A stretch of 63,998 nt of DNA. It comes from Zygnema circumcarinatum SAG 698-1b. Its lineage: Eukaryota > Plantae > Zygnematophyceae. This document shows positions 51,363 through 63,000 of the stretch, in pieces (within the stretch, counting starts at the first letter, position 1; each line of letters opens with the position of its first letter). Location of the stretch: positions 1,190,619-1,254,616 of the forward strand of contig CM074818.1 in the NCBI GenBank assembly GCA_037447605.1, in the 5' to 3' direction. A program made the position numbers and the translations under genes. Under the pieces are notes generated by a model. It ran no database searches, was not told where the DNA came from, and saw only the letters and a list, made by a program, of their open reading frames with translations.

Positions 51363-52265
51363 TCACGCGCAAGCCATGAAGAAATTTCGGACTTCCCTGC
51401 GCCACTCATCCGGAAACCAGCCATGGATGTCGTGTCCTGCCTCCGGGAAGTTGTACTCCCTCCCGTTCTTATAAGTGGGCAGCGTAGCCTCCAGCACAGG
51501 CCTCTGCAGGTGCCCCTCCGGCCCCCCTGTGAAGATAAGCGTCGGAACCTCGATCCCCGCCACCGCCTGATTACTCACTTCATCTCCTCCTCCCTTTCCG
51601 ACTCTCCCGCCCCTCCCTCTCCCCTCCCCTCTCCCTTCCCCTCTCCCTTCCCCTCTCCCTTCGCCTCGCCCCCCTCTCCCTCTCCCTCGCGGATCCCCTC
51701 GACCTCTCCCATCCCCCCCTCCACCGCGCCCTCCTCCTGATTTGTGATCCCCTTCCTCCTGAAAGGGGTAGCTCCTGCGAGTGCCCGGAGGAGGGCCTCC
51801 AAAGACGAGGTCGGGCACAGGCTCGGGGAGAGGCCCTCCGTCTCGCGCGAGCCAGCCGGGGTCCTCCAGCACCAGCGCTTTCACGAGCTCCGGATGGAAC
51901 TTCGCGACACGTGGCGCCACGGTGGCGCCCATGGAGTGGCCCACGAGGAAGACGCGCTCGCCTGGCGCCACGTGGCGAATGAAGGCGACTGCGTCCTCCA
52001 CCATGGAAAGCGTGTCGGTAGGACCAGGAGGGTCCTGACGGGACTTCCCGAAGCCGCGGGCAGAGGGGAGGAAGATGTGGAAGGCGTTAGAGAGAGGCGA
52101 GAAGAGAGGGATGTTTTCAGGGCCCTGCCCGCCGCCGCCATGGAAGAAAACGAGCTTGGGAAGGGCAGAGGAGGGCCGCGTGTGGTAGTAGAAGAAGTTG
52201 CAGCCGCGGAGGAGCACGCTCTCCTCCTCCCATTCCACCCCCCCCTCGTCCTTCTCTACCGCCAT
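51363..52265 (-). CDS. Intronless alpha/beta-hydrolase fold protein (~300 aa) with an RG/G-rich insert
   Basis: LVFFHG, SARGFGKS, nucleophile elbow GHSMG, HPELVKALVLEDP, VPTLIFTG and AGHDIH. The start at 52265 (ggcATGg) was chosen over the longer ORF-track start because a TATA box lies at ~52435-52441. Confidence 0.85.
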   Translation of the reverse strand: MAVEKDEGGVEWEEESVLLRGCNFFYYHTRPSSALPKLVFFHGGGGQGPENIPLFSPLSNAFHIFLPSARGFGKSRQDPPGPTDTLSMVEDAVAFIRHVAPGERVFLVGHSMGATVAPRVAKFHPELVKALVLEDPGWLARDGGPLPEPVPDLVFGGPPPGTRRSYPFQEEGDHKSGGGRGGGGDGRGRGDPRGRGRGGRGEGRGEGRGEGRGEGRGRGGRVGKGGGDEVSNQAVAGIEVPTLIFTGGPEGHLQRPVLEATLPTYKNGREYNFPEAGHDIHGWFPDEWRREVRNFFMACA

Positions 52266-52389
52266 GCCCGCTTCTCCTTCTCTCGCTTCCTCTCGCGCCC
52301 TTGCTTTACAGAGCTTTGCGCCCGCGATGCTTCTGTACGGAATTCCGTTGGCCGTACAGTTCATTACTGTACGGGAATGGGAGGCTTTC

Positions 52390-52480
52390 CATGCTGCCAC
52401 GTGGACAGCGGCGGAAGCGCCAGGTGGCGTTGTGATATATAGGCCGGCACGCAGGAGGCGCGGTTGCCCGCCACGTGGGC
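52390..52480 (-). promoter_or_regulatory. TATA box and two G-box/ABRE motifs upstream of the hydrolase
   Basis: Minus-strand CCTATATATCA (~52433-52443); CCACGTGGC at 52396-52404 and 52470-52478. Confidence 0.6.
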
Positions 52481-52948
52481 ACTGGCTGGGCCGGCTCCGG
52501 CTGCCCCCAAAGGACCCAGCCCGGGACCAGGGACTAGGGATGTACATCTGTCCGTACAAGCGACTTTTAGAGTTTTAGATTTCAGAACTGGAATGTTCTA
52601 ATATCTAAACGTTTCAGAGTTTTAGAACACTGTTTGAATGACCGAACGACCATTGAACTTGAACACCCACCCAACTTGAATTGTGCTCGCACTGACGCCG
52701 TACGATCACACAGCCGTACAGTATGATTGTCCGGACATTCTAAAAGTGTTTTATAAAACGGCCTGACTCTTAGAACGTTTGATTGGACTTCTAATACACG
52801 CCACTGCGTTATAAATTTATAATACATCCCCGAGCCGGGACGGGGACGGAGGCTCGCAACTGTACGGCGGACGTACGCATTTTTGCGCAACTGCCAGCTG
52901 TTGCACAGAACTACTGCGCTAAACGACACAAAGAACACCTCCAGTATA

Positions 52949-53463
52949 CAGTGGGGGGTCCTCGTATTTACCACCCCAAGGAGTGCGTCCTCAATATTTT
53001 CGCCCCAATTTTGCCGAAACCACTTTTTTGTACGGTAACTTGTGTTAGCCGTACTGTTCGTACTGTTCGTACTGTCCGTACTGTCCGTACTAGCCGTTAG
53101 GGGCTTACGCAAAACGCACCTAATCTCCCCGCTCGTGCCGCCGTAAGAGGCGCTCGCTCTTCTCCCCGTCTTCTTGACTTCGATACGATACAATACGATA
53201 CGATACGGTCAATACGATACGAAACTCCCCGATGGTTGGATGACGACAGTATGTACGACAGTATATGCGTCACGATATGTCACGATACGATACGATGCTA
53301 AATGATACAGTACGATATGGTACGATACGATACGTACGGTTCAACATGAACTCTAACATAATACCGCCCGTCTATTCGTAACACGAACCTTATATATGCA
53401 AATTTAATATTTTCGCCTCATTTTGCCCGGAACCAGGGTGGAAAATATGAGGACCCCCTACTG
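52949..53463. mobile_element. MITE copy 2 (515 bp), same family as 46420-46968
   Basis: TIRs CAGTGGGGGGTCCTCGTATTT ... AAATATGAGGACCCCCTACTG with TA on both sides; shared internal blocks such as caacatgaactctaacataataccgcccgtctatt. Confidence 0.92.
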
Positions 53464-53562
53464 TACTGTGTGATTCCCCGTACAGTACGGACGCTACTGT
53501 ACTGTACTGTACTGTACGGCTTGACGCAGAAACCGTACCACCTCCCTTTTTCGGGCGGGGGC

Positions 53563-53572
53563 GCCACGTGGC
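53563..53572. promoter_or_regulatory. Palindromic G-box GCCACGTGGC upstream of the pullulanase
   Basis: Perfect 10 bp palindrome, a classic plant bZIP site; function is inferred. Confidence 0.5.
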
Positions 53573-53643
53573 AAGGGGGCCGTCTCTGGGCGCCAAGTGG
53601 CGCGCACGGACGGGCCCATTGCTCCGGGCAGCCTGCTCCTGCT

Positions 53644-53915
53644 GGGAGAGGGGCGAGAGAGAGAGGGAGAGGGAGAGGGAGAGGGGAGAGGAGAGCGAGG
53701 GAGGGAGAGGGAGAGGGAGANNNNNNNNNNGAGAGGGAGAGGGAGAGGGAGAGGGGAGAGGAGAGCGAGGGAGAGGGAGAGGGAGAGGGAGAAGGAGAGG
53801 GGGGAGGAGAGGGAGAGGGAGAGGGAGAGGGAGAGGGAGAGGCAGAGGGAGAGGGAGAGGGGGAGGGAGAGGGAGTGGGAGAGGGAGAGGGGAGGGAGAG
53901 GGAGAGGGAGAGGGA
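53644..53915. repeat. (GAGAGG)n polypurine tract containing a 10-N gap (53721-53730)
   Basis: Directly visible, upstream of the pullulanase start. Confidence 0.9.
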
Positions 53916-54035
53916 GGTGCCGCAGCAGGACTTGGAGGCTTGGAAGCTCTCGCGGTGCCACGACCCCTCCCGTTGACACAGCGCCATGCAGGTCGGCCTG
54001 CGCTTCCAGGACGGACATGGCTGCCATCACGGGCC

Positions 54036-57000
54036 ATGCTGCGGCAGCAGCAGCAAAAGCAACGGAGGGTTGATATGTGGGAAAAGGGGAGGGCTCTGCA
54101 GGCGTGCACACGGCAGCTGGGGAATGGGATGGCGTCTACTGCAGGAACGGCGTCTGCACAAAAGGATGCGTTAGGAGGGAGAGCACGCACGGCTTCCGGC
54201 TCTGTAGGAACACCTTGGAGCGTCAGATCCAACTTTTCAGGGGAGAGGTTGCTGCAGGGAAGTATCAATGGATGGCCTTTATCACAAACTTCTGCCAAGA
54301 CACTCGGCATAAGGGCGGAGATAGCACAATCTAGCAAGCCAGTCCAAAAAGAAGAGGCTGTTGACAGTCAGATTGTGCTTCACTATCACCGGTAAGAAAA
54401 TTTCAGGGCACCCTGTTTCACTGCTGTCCACGCTGCGGTGCTGACCAGCATTTTAAGAAAACTCCTAGCAGCCAGCAAACACTAATGCGGAGGCTGAAAC
54501 AAGGCGCCAGGGCCGTGCAAGCTCATTTCCTAGTCCATATCTTGTGAAACTCACACAATGTGCTTTACATCCTGCCTTTCCTATCCTTGCGAAGAATGTG
54601 ATAGGAAGCGGCCGGCATTTCTGCAGAACCGATGGGAATTATGAGGGATGGGGTCTCCACCTTTGGGGTGATTCAAAAGTGTCTACTACTTGGGATAATG
54701 CCCTTCCACCAGCTGGAGAAGACGACTACGGAGTTTTTTGGAACATCATGTCAAATCCAGGAGGGAAAAAGGTCCACTTTCTTGTTCACAAGGGCGAGGA
54801 CAAGGTGGGTCCACTCATGATAGCAGTAGAAAAACTTGCCTGTGGTCTTGACAGAAGTCTTCAATTCCGGAGTTACCCACAGGGTGAAGATAATTGCTTA
54901 AGAGTGCCTTTTTGTTTAATAATCATGTCAAGACAAGTGTCAGGATTTGTACTTGATCTGTCATGCATGCGTGCGTCTGACATGAGCAGCTTGCGAACTT
55001 AGCTTTCTTTTCTCAACCTTTTCTCAACAAAGGTTACTCTCGTAGCTTTGAAAGGTTCACTTCACACTCTCTGCCACAATAAGTCCTGCCGGGCTAGGTG
55101 CGGAAGCCCACGGAGCTGTGCTTCAAAGCTCTGTCGACGTTTTTCCACTAATGGTAGACAAGCTATAATATTACAGGGCTGGACGTCAGTTTTGTTATTA
55201 CGACGCGGGGACTAGTTTCTTTATTCTTTCCAGGGCATCCTGTTAGACATATGTCGATTACTGCGTTGAGTTGTTGGAGGTCATCGATGATCCTAAGCAA
55301 AAATTCTGATTTGTTGACGAAGTCATATTGCTCACAGCACTCAAAGAGGCCAAAGTCAAGACAAGCGTGTGGAAGGATCTGTATAAGTGATCTGCAATGA
55401 AAGTGGACCCGCCATTTTACCTCATGAAGGAGTCGCATTGAAACGAAATAGAAAGATTTATTGATTGGAACCTATCGTCCCCTAGATCCTCTTGGAATTG
55501 AACTCATTAAATAAACGAAACTTCTGTTAGAATTCATCTATTGATGAATTCACCGTGAAGTTGTGAACGGCCTGCATGCTGAATGTGCGACTGTGAATTA
55601 TCGAAGTACTTCCGGATATTCTCCACAAATAATGATTACCATGGAAATCGAGATGCCTTAGGAGCGGAAAAAATGATACAACGGACATTTTGGAGTTAAT
55701 CTATTTGTTTCCGCTGGTCTAGAGAAAACTCTGTCAAATGCATTCATGGTTACACATTGTGCTGCACAGATTGATATACTTGAGAGCGACATGCTGATGC
55801 AAAGGAATGGGCCTCGTTGTGCTGCCTCTGCAGACAGTAGCGTTTTTTTTATGTTAGTTCGAGCTAGCATTGAACTAACATATCATCGTCATATCTCCTT
55901 GCATCGAAGAGCTTCCGCCTTGCACTGATATTTTGCTTTCGCATTCTGAAAGTAATCCTCCTTTTTTACATCGCCTATCTTAATGCCGAATTTATGAGGA
56001 TAGAAGCCACTTCGTTCCCGCTATTCATCAGATCATAAGTTGGATATGCACACTGTGATTCATAAGCCAACAGGCCATTGCTTGCTGGTGAGCAGGACTG
56101 TACTGGAGCTCTTGAAGTTGGAGTATTCTCGTCTGCTTGGCTGGTCGGAGAGCGATCTTCTATTTTCTCCGCAAAGCCCGATGTCACAAATCTTCCGCAG
56201 GTGAGTTATTTTGAGGGGGTTCAGAGTACAAGAATGAAGTTTAGTCAACTTTTAAACCTGCGAACTGCTCCATAACATGGCGAGCAACCTGAGAAAAGCC
56301 ATGTTCGGCATAGTGGTTTGAGTTTTTCACAGCATACCTTGCCCCTAGATGGATCATTTGATTTTTTTTTTTAAAGTTTTGCTTGATGCAAAGGCAACTC
56401 CATCATTGAAATTTTACTTCTTTTGCCCGTAGTGAACACACTGGAAATCTGCCTTCTCAAAATTCAATCGAATTTCAATGGGGTTGTCGCGACCAGGGCA
56501 ATCTGGACCTTGCAAAAGCGTTCTGGGTAATGGCGGATACCCTCGCATGGAACGTCGATGCCAAGGGCAACACATACAGTCTGCATGCAAGCGCGGCCGC
56601 TACCTTGACCCTTACGGGCTCGGGAGTAGAAGGTGAGAGTTTGCTATGTTTCTGCAAGCTTTGATTGTGCCCGTGTTCGCGCGCTTTTTGAGAGTGAAGT
56701 GACTGAGGAGTTTTTCAAGGGTTTATGGCACGTTTAGTGGGTAAGGTAATTTGGATACAGTCTTAAAGCTAATACAGTCCGGCGAATTTGGAGAAATCAG
56801 CACACTTGCCATTTGTTTTTTTTTTTTTGGGGGGGGGGGGGGGGGGGNNNNNNNNNNGGGGGGGGGGGGGGGGGGGGGGCATTCAAGAAGCCTGCTTGCA
56901 ACCATTCTTCATGCGATGGGGCATGAAGAATGAGCAATCAGTTCGGTGGACATCATCTGACACCTCAGCAACAAGCAAAATGTCGCTGTTGCAGCATGCT

Positions 57001-60000
57001 ATTTCTTTATGAATTGGATGACTGTGAAACTTGCAATCGAATGATGATATTTTTAAGTATATTTACTAATTATTTTCTTTCTTCTGCAGGCGCTGACTAT
57101 GTTATCCCGCTAGAATTGGATTCTGCTGGTCTTCCTGCATCTGTGAGTCCATGGCTCTCAGACAGCCGATCTCCTAACTTACTTTTTTCAGGTTTTCGCT
57201 GAACTATTTCCTTCTGGTTGGCTCTGAATTTCCTTACCACGCTGCAATAAGGGAATCCTTCACTTAATGTAAAATCTTCCAAGCAAGTTCACTGCTCAAA
57301 ATGCTTCATTCAAGTTCTAAAACCTGCACAATGTGGGGGCCGATTTGAAAGATACCTTTTCCGTCTTGCTCCTTGGACTCTGTTCCACAAAGCTCATTTG
57401 TGGCTTATATTTCAATCGCCTTCAGGTGAAGGAGAAGTTTCCACATATTGCCAATTATGTAGCACTAAAGCTGCTAATGCCAGCTGACGTACCTTCTTTG
57501 CTTAAGTGCCAACTAGCTCTTGCTGCTGTGAACGGTATGCTGCGATGCCAAACCGCATCAAAGAACAATTGTGTAAACAAACTGATTGTGTGTTCCGTTC
57601 CAGTAAACTTCACGCAAGCTGCCTAAGGGAGTTGTCCAAATCACGATGTTCTTTAGGCAACCATAGAATTGAGCACCCCACCTGCACTACCCCCCCGATA
57701 AATTGAATTGTGACTAGCCTGAGACTGAGCCTGTGATAACCTAGAACTACGAACAGCATCAATTTGTCACACAAACTCCTTGCACAGCGAGACATCTTGA
57801 AGATGCAACGTTTCTAAGTCAACAGCTGCAATGATATTGGGTCAGAGTGTTCTTGGCGGGCCAGAGAAGGGAGGGGCTCTAGACGCCACGGCTGTGCAGC
57901 TACCGGGAGTGCTCGACGACCTTTTCGCGTACGACGGGCCGCTGGGGGCCACATTTCTGGATAGCGCTGTGGCGCTACATGTCTGGGCCCCCACAGCGCA
58001 GGTATCTGCACAACACACTGCCACTGTGTGGAACTAGAAAGTGTGTCTGAGGTGGTTCGCCTAATGTAATGAAAGTGCTGTAGTTGCGAGATAGATTCTG
58101 TTCCACAGCACTTCTTTATCAGCGACCTCAGCATGCTGCTTGCTCTGCAAGAGATACTCGCATGGAGATGTATGACTGGATGTACTGAGCTGACAGGCAC
58201 ATGCTGAAGGAAGTGAATAACAAAATAGAAGCTAGAAATGCTCCTGAAAAGCATTAACACAATACTTAATTTACTAACAGATTGGATATCAACTACTTGT
58301 TTAGCCTTTGCGCTCGGTGAAACAACGAAGGTAGCGCAACCTGTATTTGTTTACCCTCTCCGATAATAAATAAGCGGTACTGCAAGCAGAGGGCTGACTG
58401 CCTGGGAAACAGTCTGTCCGCGTGCTGTTGTTCGATGGTCCCACAGGCGGTGAGCCTTTGGATGTTCTCAATATGCAAGAGCAGAGCGGTGTTTGGAGCA
58501 TCAAAGGGCCGGCAAGCTGGAAGGGTCACTACTACCTCTATGAAGTCCGCGTGTTCCATCCCTCCACTGGCAGAGTAGAGACCGGCTTAGGAGTGGACCC
58601 CTACTCTTGTGGGTGAGTGCAGCACTTGCGGATGCCCTTTTCCGCAGCTGCCTTCTGATGAGTTTTTCTGACAATTTTTGCCTGTTGTGGTTTGGTTGCA
58701 GCTTGTCAGCCAATGGTGAACGCACTTTGATAGTGGACCTGGACGAGGAGGTTCTAAAACCTCAGGGCTGGGACACTCTTCAAGAGGAGAAACCTCCGTT
58801 GGAAGCTTTCAATGACATCGCAATCCTAGAGCTCCATATTCGGGACTTCAGGTGTGATTAATAGACTGCGGGCTAAGTGGTCTATGAATGTGAGAAAAGA
58901 CTTGCAACACGTAGATGTTTTGGCTTCACGCCGTGTTCCTGTAGCTACAAATCATGCAGGACGTGTCTAGCTACCGCGTTACAAAACACGGGGTTATTCC
59001 TTTTCGATTTACAGACTTGACTTGTCTTGATTTCAGTATAGTAAGATTTGCACCTGCTTTCTTGTTGTTTGGAACTCCATTTTACGATTGTCGGGTGCTG
59101 TGGGTGTAGCGCGTCAGATGAAACTGTTGATACTTCCAAGCGGGGAAGTTATCTGGCCTTTGCGGAAAAGGTGCTTTTCTTTTCTGCTCGCTACTATTCA
59201 GGGTAGCAGCTTTCGTAGTTGCTAGAACTAGGATCACATTTTGGCCTTGTAAAGGCTAGGATGCCTCTCTACATTTGTTGTGCAATATAATGAGCAGAGA
59301 ATCCTGCCCTCTTCACATTATACTGCTTCCAACTTTCAAGTGTATTAGTTTTTTTTTTAAGGCTTTGGAGAATAATGTGAGGCGGAAACTGAGCCATGTT
59401 TAAGCTAGAACATTCAGACCCTTTTCAAAGGAAAACTGGTTTTCCAGGACTCGGCCGGTGTGCGACACTTGAGAGGACTTTCCTCTTCAGGGCTGACCCA
59501 CCTTCACCTCCTCCCCTGCTTCGACTTCTCCAGCGTTGATGAACGCAAGGAACGCTGGAAGTTTGTCGGTGAGTTGGTTAATCCTTTTCTTTACCTTCAC
59601 CTCATCCTTCCTAGTTGTGAGACTACTCGACAAGTCATACAGACGAGTAAAACATAAAAGGCTCAACATTTTCCCACCACTTTCGCTCGCTTCCCTCGCT
59701 CATCCCCTCCCCCCTCCTTCCCTTCATTTTCTTTCTCTCTCACTTCTCTTTGGAAGGTGGTCTTTTCTCCACCGTTTCTCTCTCCCTTCCTTTCCTTCAT
59801 TCATAAGGTCAGATGAGCGTTTTCGAGTCTCCAAACATTTTTCTATTAAGCACACATCTTTTTAGGGATTTCAAGGCAATCAAGTGTGACACACGTTGCT
59901 TTGGACTTCACCCCTACCTCTTGGCTCTTTTTTTATGAAGTGTTCAGTTTTGGATTGTTTCATCAAGGCTTTGATGGTTAATGGTCTTGCGAACGAACCA

Positions 60001-63000
60001 AGAGCAAAGGGTTAGAGGCATGAGAACTGAAAAAACAGCTTCCTGTATTGAACTTTTGGTGCTTGTTGACCCAGAACACCACACTGTTCTTGCACCACAA
60101 TGACAGCAACATCTGCAAAACAGCTTGTCTTGAAGAAGATGGAGCTGATATCAGCAGGTGGATGTTCATCTCCTGCAGATGAATCACATTTGGCCGCACT
60201 TCCCCCCGACTCTGAGGAGCAACAAGCGGCTGTGGTAGCGATACAAGACGAGGACGGCTTCAATTGGGGGTATGGATACGTTAAACCCTTTGCCAGTTTC
60301 CTAAGGCTGATGACGGTTTCTTTGGTCTCCTCCTGCTGGTTAACATATTCCAATCTGCTTCGAACCTTGCCCCTCTTCATTGCCGTTCCACGTTGTTCAC
60401 AAACCTCCTTATTCGAGAGGCAGAACGTGTAAACTTCTATGGCCGTTCTCCTTGCTGACAGTTCAACTGAGAGGTTGATCTGAGCAGGTATGATCCTGCA
60501 AATTGGGGTGTCCCTGATGGCAGCTATGCCACTGACCCTGATGGGCCGGCTCGAACTCTAGAGTTTCGGACAATGGTTCAGGTGCTGACTGCTTCAACCA
60601 ATGGAATTGCGTTGCCATCATCATCATGCGCTGATTCTAGAGGAACACCAGTTCAACTTGCTCTGCTGTTGCCCTACGTCTTTTCTGATAACATGCATCC
60701 CCTGAGGAGGAATGAATGAACAGTGGGGATCGTGGGAATGTATCCCAGTCCTTAATTTAGTACCCAATTATGTGCTAAGACGATACAGTCAATTCTTATT
60801 TTAGTGGTTCTTATCGAGTGTTTTTATTGAATGCAGGCCATAAACAGACTGGGGCTTAGGGTGGTGCTGGATGTCGTCTACAACCACACGCATGGAAGCG
60901 GACATTCCGATCGGCAGTCTGTGCTCGACAAGGTGATGCTCTGCATGGCGGCGAGTAGGGATTGGAGGGTGACATTTTTCAGGATGTATTCAGAGAGAAC
61001 AGAGTTTATGAATCGAATACGGAACTCGGGCTTGATATAGGGCATCGAGAGTAGATCGTCTGTCCATATTGAAGTAGCAAATCTTCTGCTGGTTCAAGGC
61101 TGCGATGATCAGCAGTCGTCGGAAATGCTGAAATATAACCTTCTCTTTCTTATGCTTGTATTGCAGATTGTGCCGGGCTACTATTTAAGGAGAAACTGTG
61201 AAGGTGCGGTAGAAAGCAGCACATGCATGAACAACACCGCCACGGAGCACTCCATGATGGCTCGCATCATGGTCGATGACCTCGTGCATTGGGCCAAGAA
61301 TTACAAGGTCCGGCTTCGAACCCTGCGGAGCGCACATGCTTGCTTGTGCTCCAAGTTCCGTTTGATGGGTGCTGTTAGATTTGGCTCATTTGAGAACAGA
61401 TACATGCATCTGTGGTGAGGAGGACGACAGGTGGACGGCTTTCGTTTCGACCTGATGGGACATATAATGAAGGATACTATGGTAAGTTTCAAACTGAATT
61501 TCTGCAATTTCTGCAAGGCAGTAGTCAGATCGATTGATAGATGCGATTGGTGGAGATACTCATCCTCCACTTTTCTTTTTACACGTGAAGGTGAAGGCAA
61601 GAGACGCGCTACGATCCTTAACAATGAGCAGGGATGGAGTTGATGGCTCCAAAATTTACTTGTGAGTCCTCGTCTCCAGCGCATCCCTGGATTGCAACCT
61701 CGTTGAGCACTCATTTGTTCAACATGCTCATTTGAACTGCCATTGTATTTCACACTCTGTGGAGTCCAAAAAATGAAGAGCACATCGTATCATATGACAT
61801 TTTTTTCCACACAGAAATCCTTCGAACATTTAGGGAATCCTTCTGTGCTTTCAATTCTGCATGATGTTTCATATATTGAAGTGCAGTTTCTAAAGTGAAT
61901 GCCTTCCAAGTGATATGCATAGAAAGGCAGCAAACCTCCGATTGCTTGAAAAGCATTACTATATTACGACTTATGTACGGCTGCCTGGCTGGGTTAGCCC
62001 CAGGGGATTTTTTTGCTATTGTTTTACTCCTCCATTTAAGTTTCATATGAGTGCATCTGACGGGCATCGTCATGCAGTTCCGCTGTGTGTAGTCTTGTTC
62101 TGTATCCGATGGAAATATTGCTTCAAAGTCTGACGTGATGCATGTTCAAGTCTGAACACTTTCTATGGCTCCATCTGCTTTATCAACTAAGAATAGCTGA
62201 ACTATCTCCTCCTACGAGGGTCCTGTCTTTACCATCTGTGCATGCTCCTGGTCATGATGCAGGTATGGAGAAGGTTGGGACTTTGGAGAGATTGCGAGAA
62301 ATCAGAGGGGAGTGAATGCATCGCAGTCCAACATGGCGGGTACAGGCATAGGCAGGTGGGTCCATCAAGGCTCAGTTCACAGAGGAGGACTGTGAAACTC
62401 TTCTCTGTGTCAGGTTTCCTGATCTCTGAAAATTCGCTGCTGTAGCAGCTGCATGTTTTGGCAAGTCAGAGCTGGGGGTCAGTTGTTTCAATGGCAAAAC
62501 AAGTAGCGACAAGTCGCATGTAGATTTGACACATTTCTCCAAATGTATTGCTGTTTGACAACATGAAACGTTGTGCTGGTGATTGTCAGTGCCCTCTGCA
62601 ATCTGCCTTTATGTGCAATGAATGGTAGCTTTGGCCTCTCTGTGCTAAGCCTGGTGATTCTGACCTACCCTCGCTTCCCCTTGCTTGATGTCAGCTTCAA
62701 TGACCGCATTCGGGACACTGCGATAGGCGGCTCCCCTTTTGGAGACCCTCAGCAGCAAGGCTTCCTCACCGGCCTTCTCCTGCAGGCGAGCCAATTCCCC
62801 TCCCTCCCTCTCTCGTTCTCTCCCTCTCTCTCCCTCCCCCCTTGTGGGCGGGCCGCACCTCCTTGAGCGCGGGAATGAGCAGCATCGAGAGCACTGACGA
62901 GCCGTGCGAGACCTCAGGGAGGGAGAGAGGGGGAGGAAGTGGGGGAGGGAGAGAGAGGGAGGGAGCGGGGGAAACTCGCCCGTTTTGAAATGAGATGGTG

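Noticed and set aside
52266-52559. 98 aa N-terminal extension of the hydrolase in the ORF track
   Set aside because: It runs across the TATA box and ABRE motifs, so it is more likely promoter and 5' UTR.
52582-53193. 203 aa minus-strand ORF as a possible MITE transposase
   Set aside because: It crosses the TIR boundary, has no DDE or HTH motifs, and is not conserved in copy 1.
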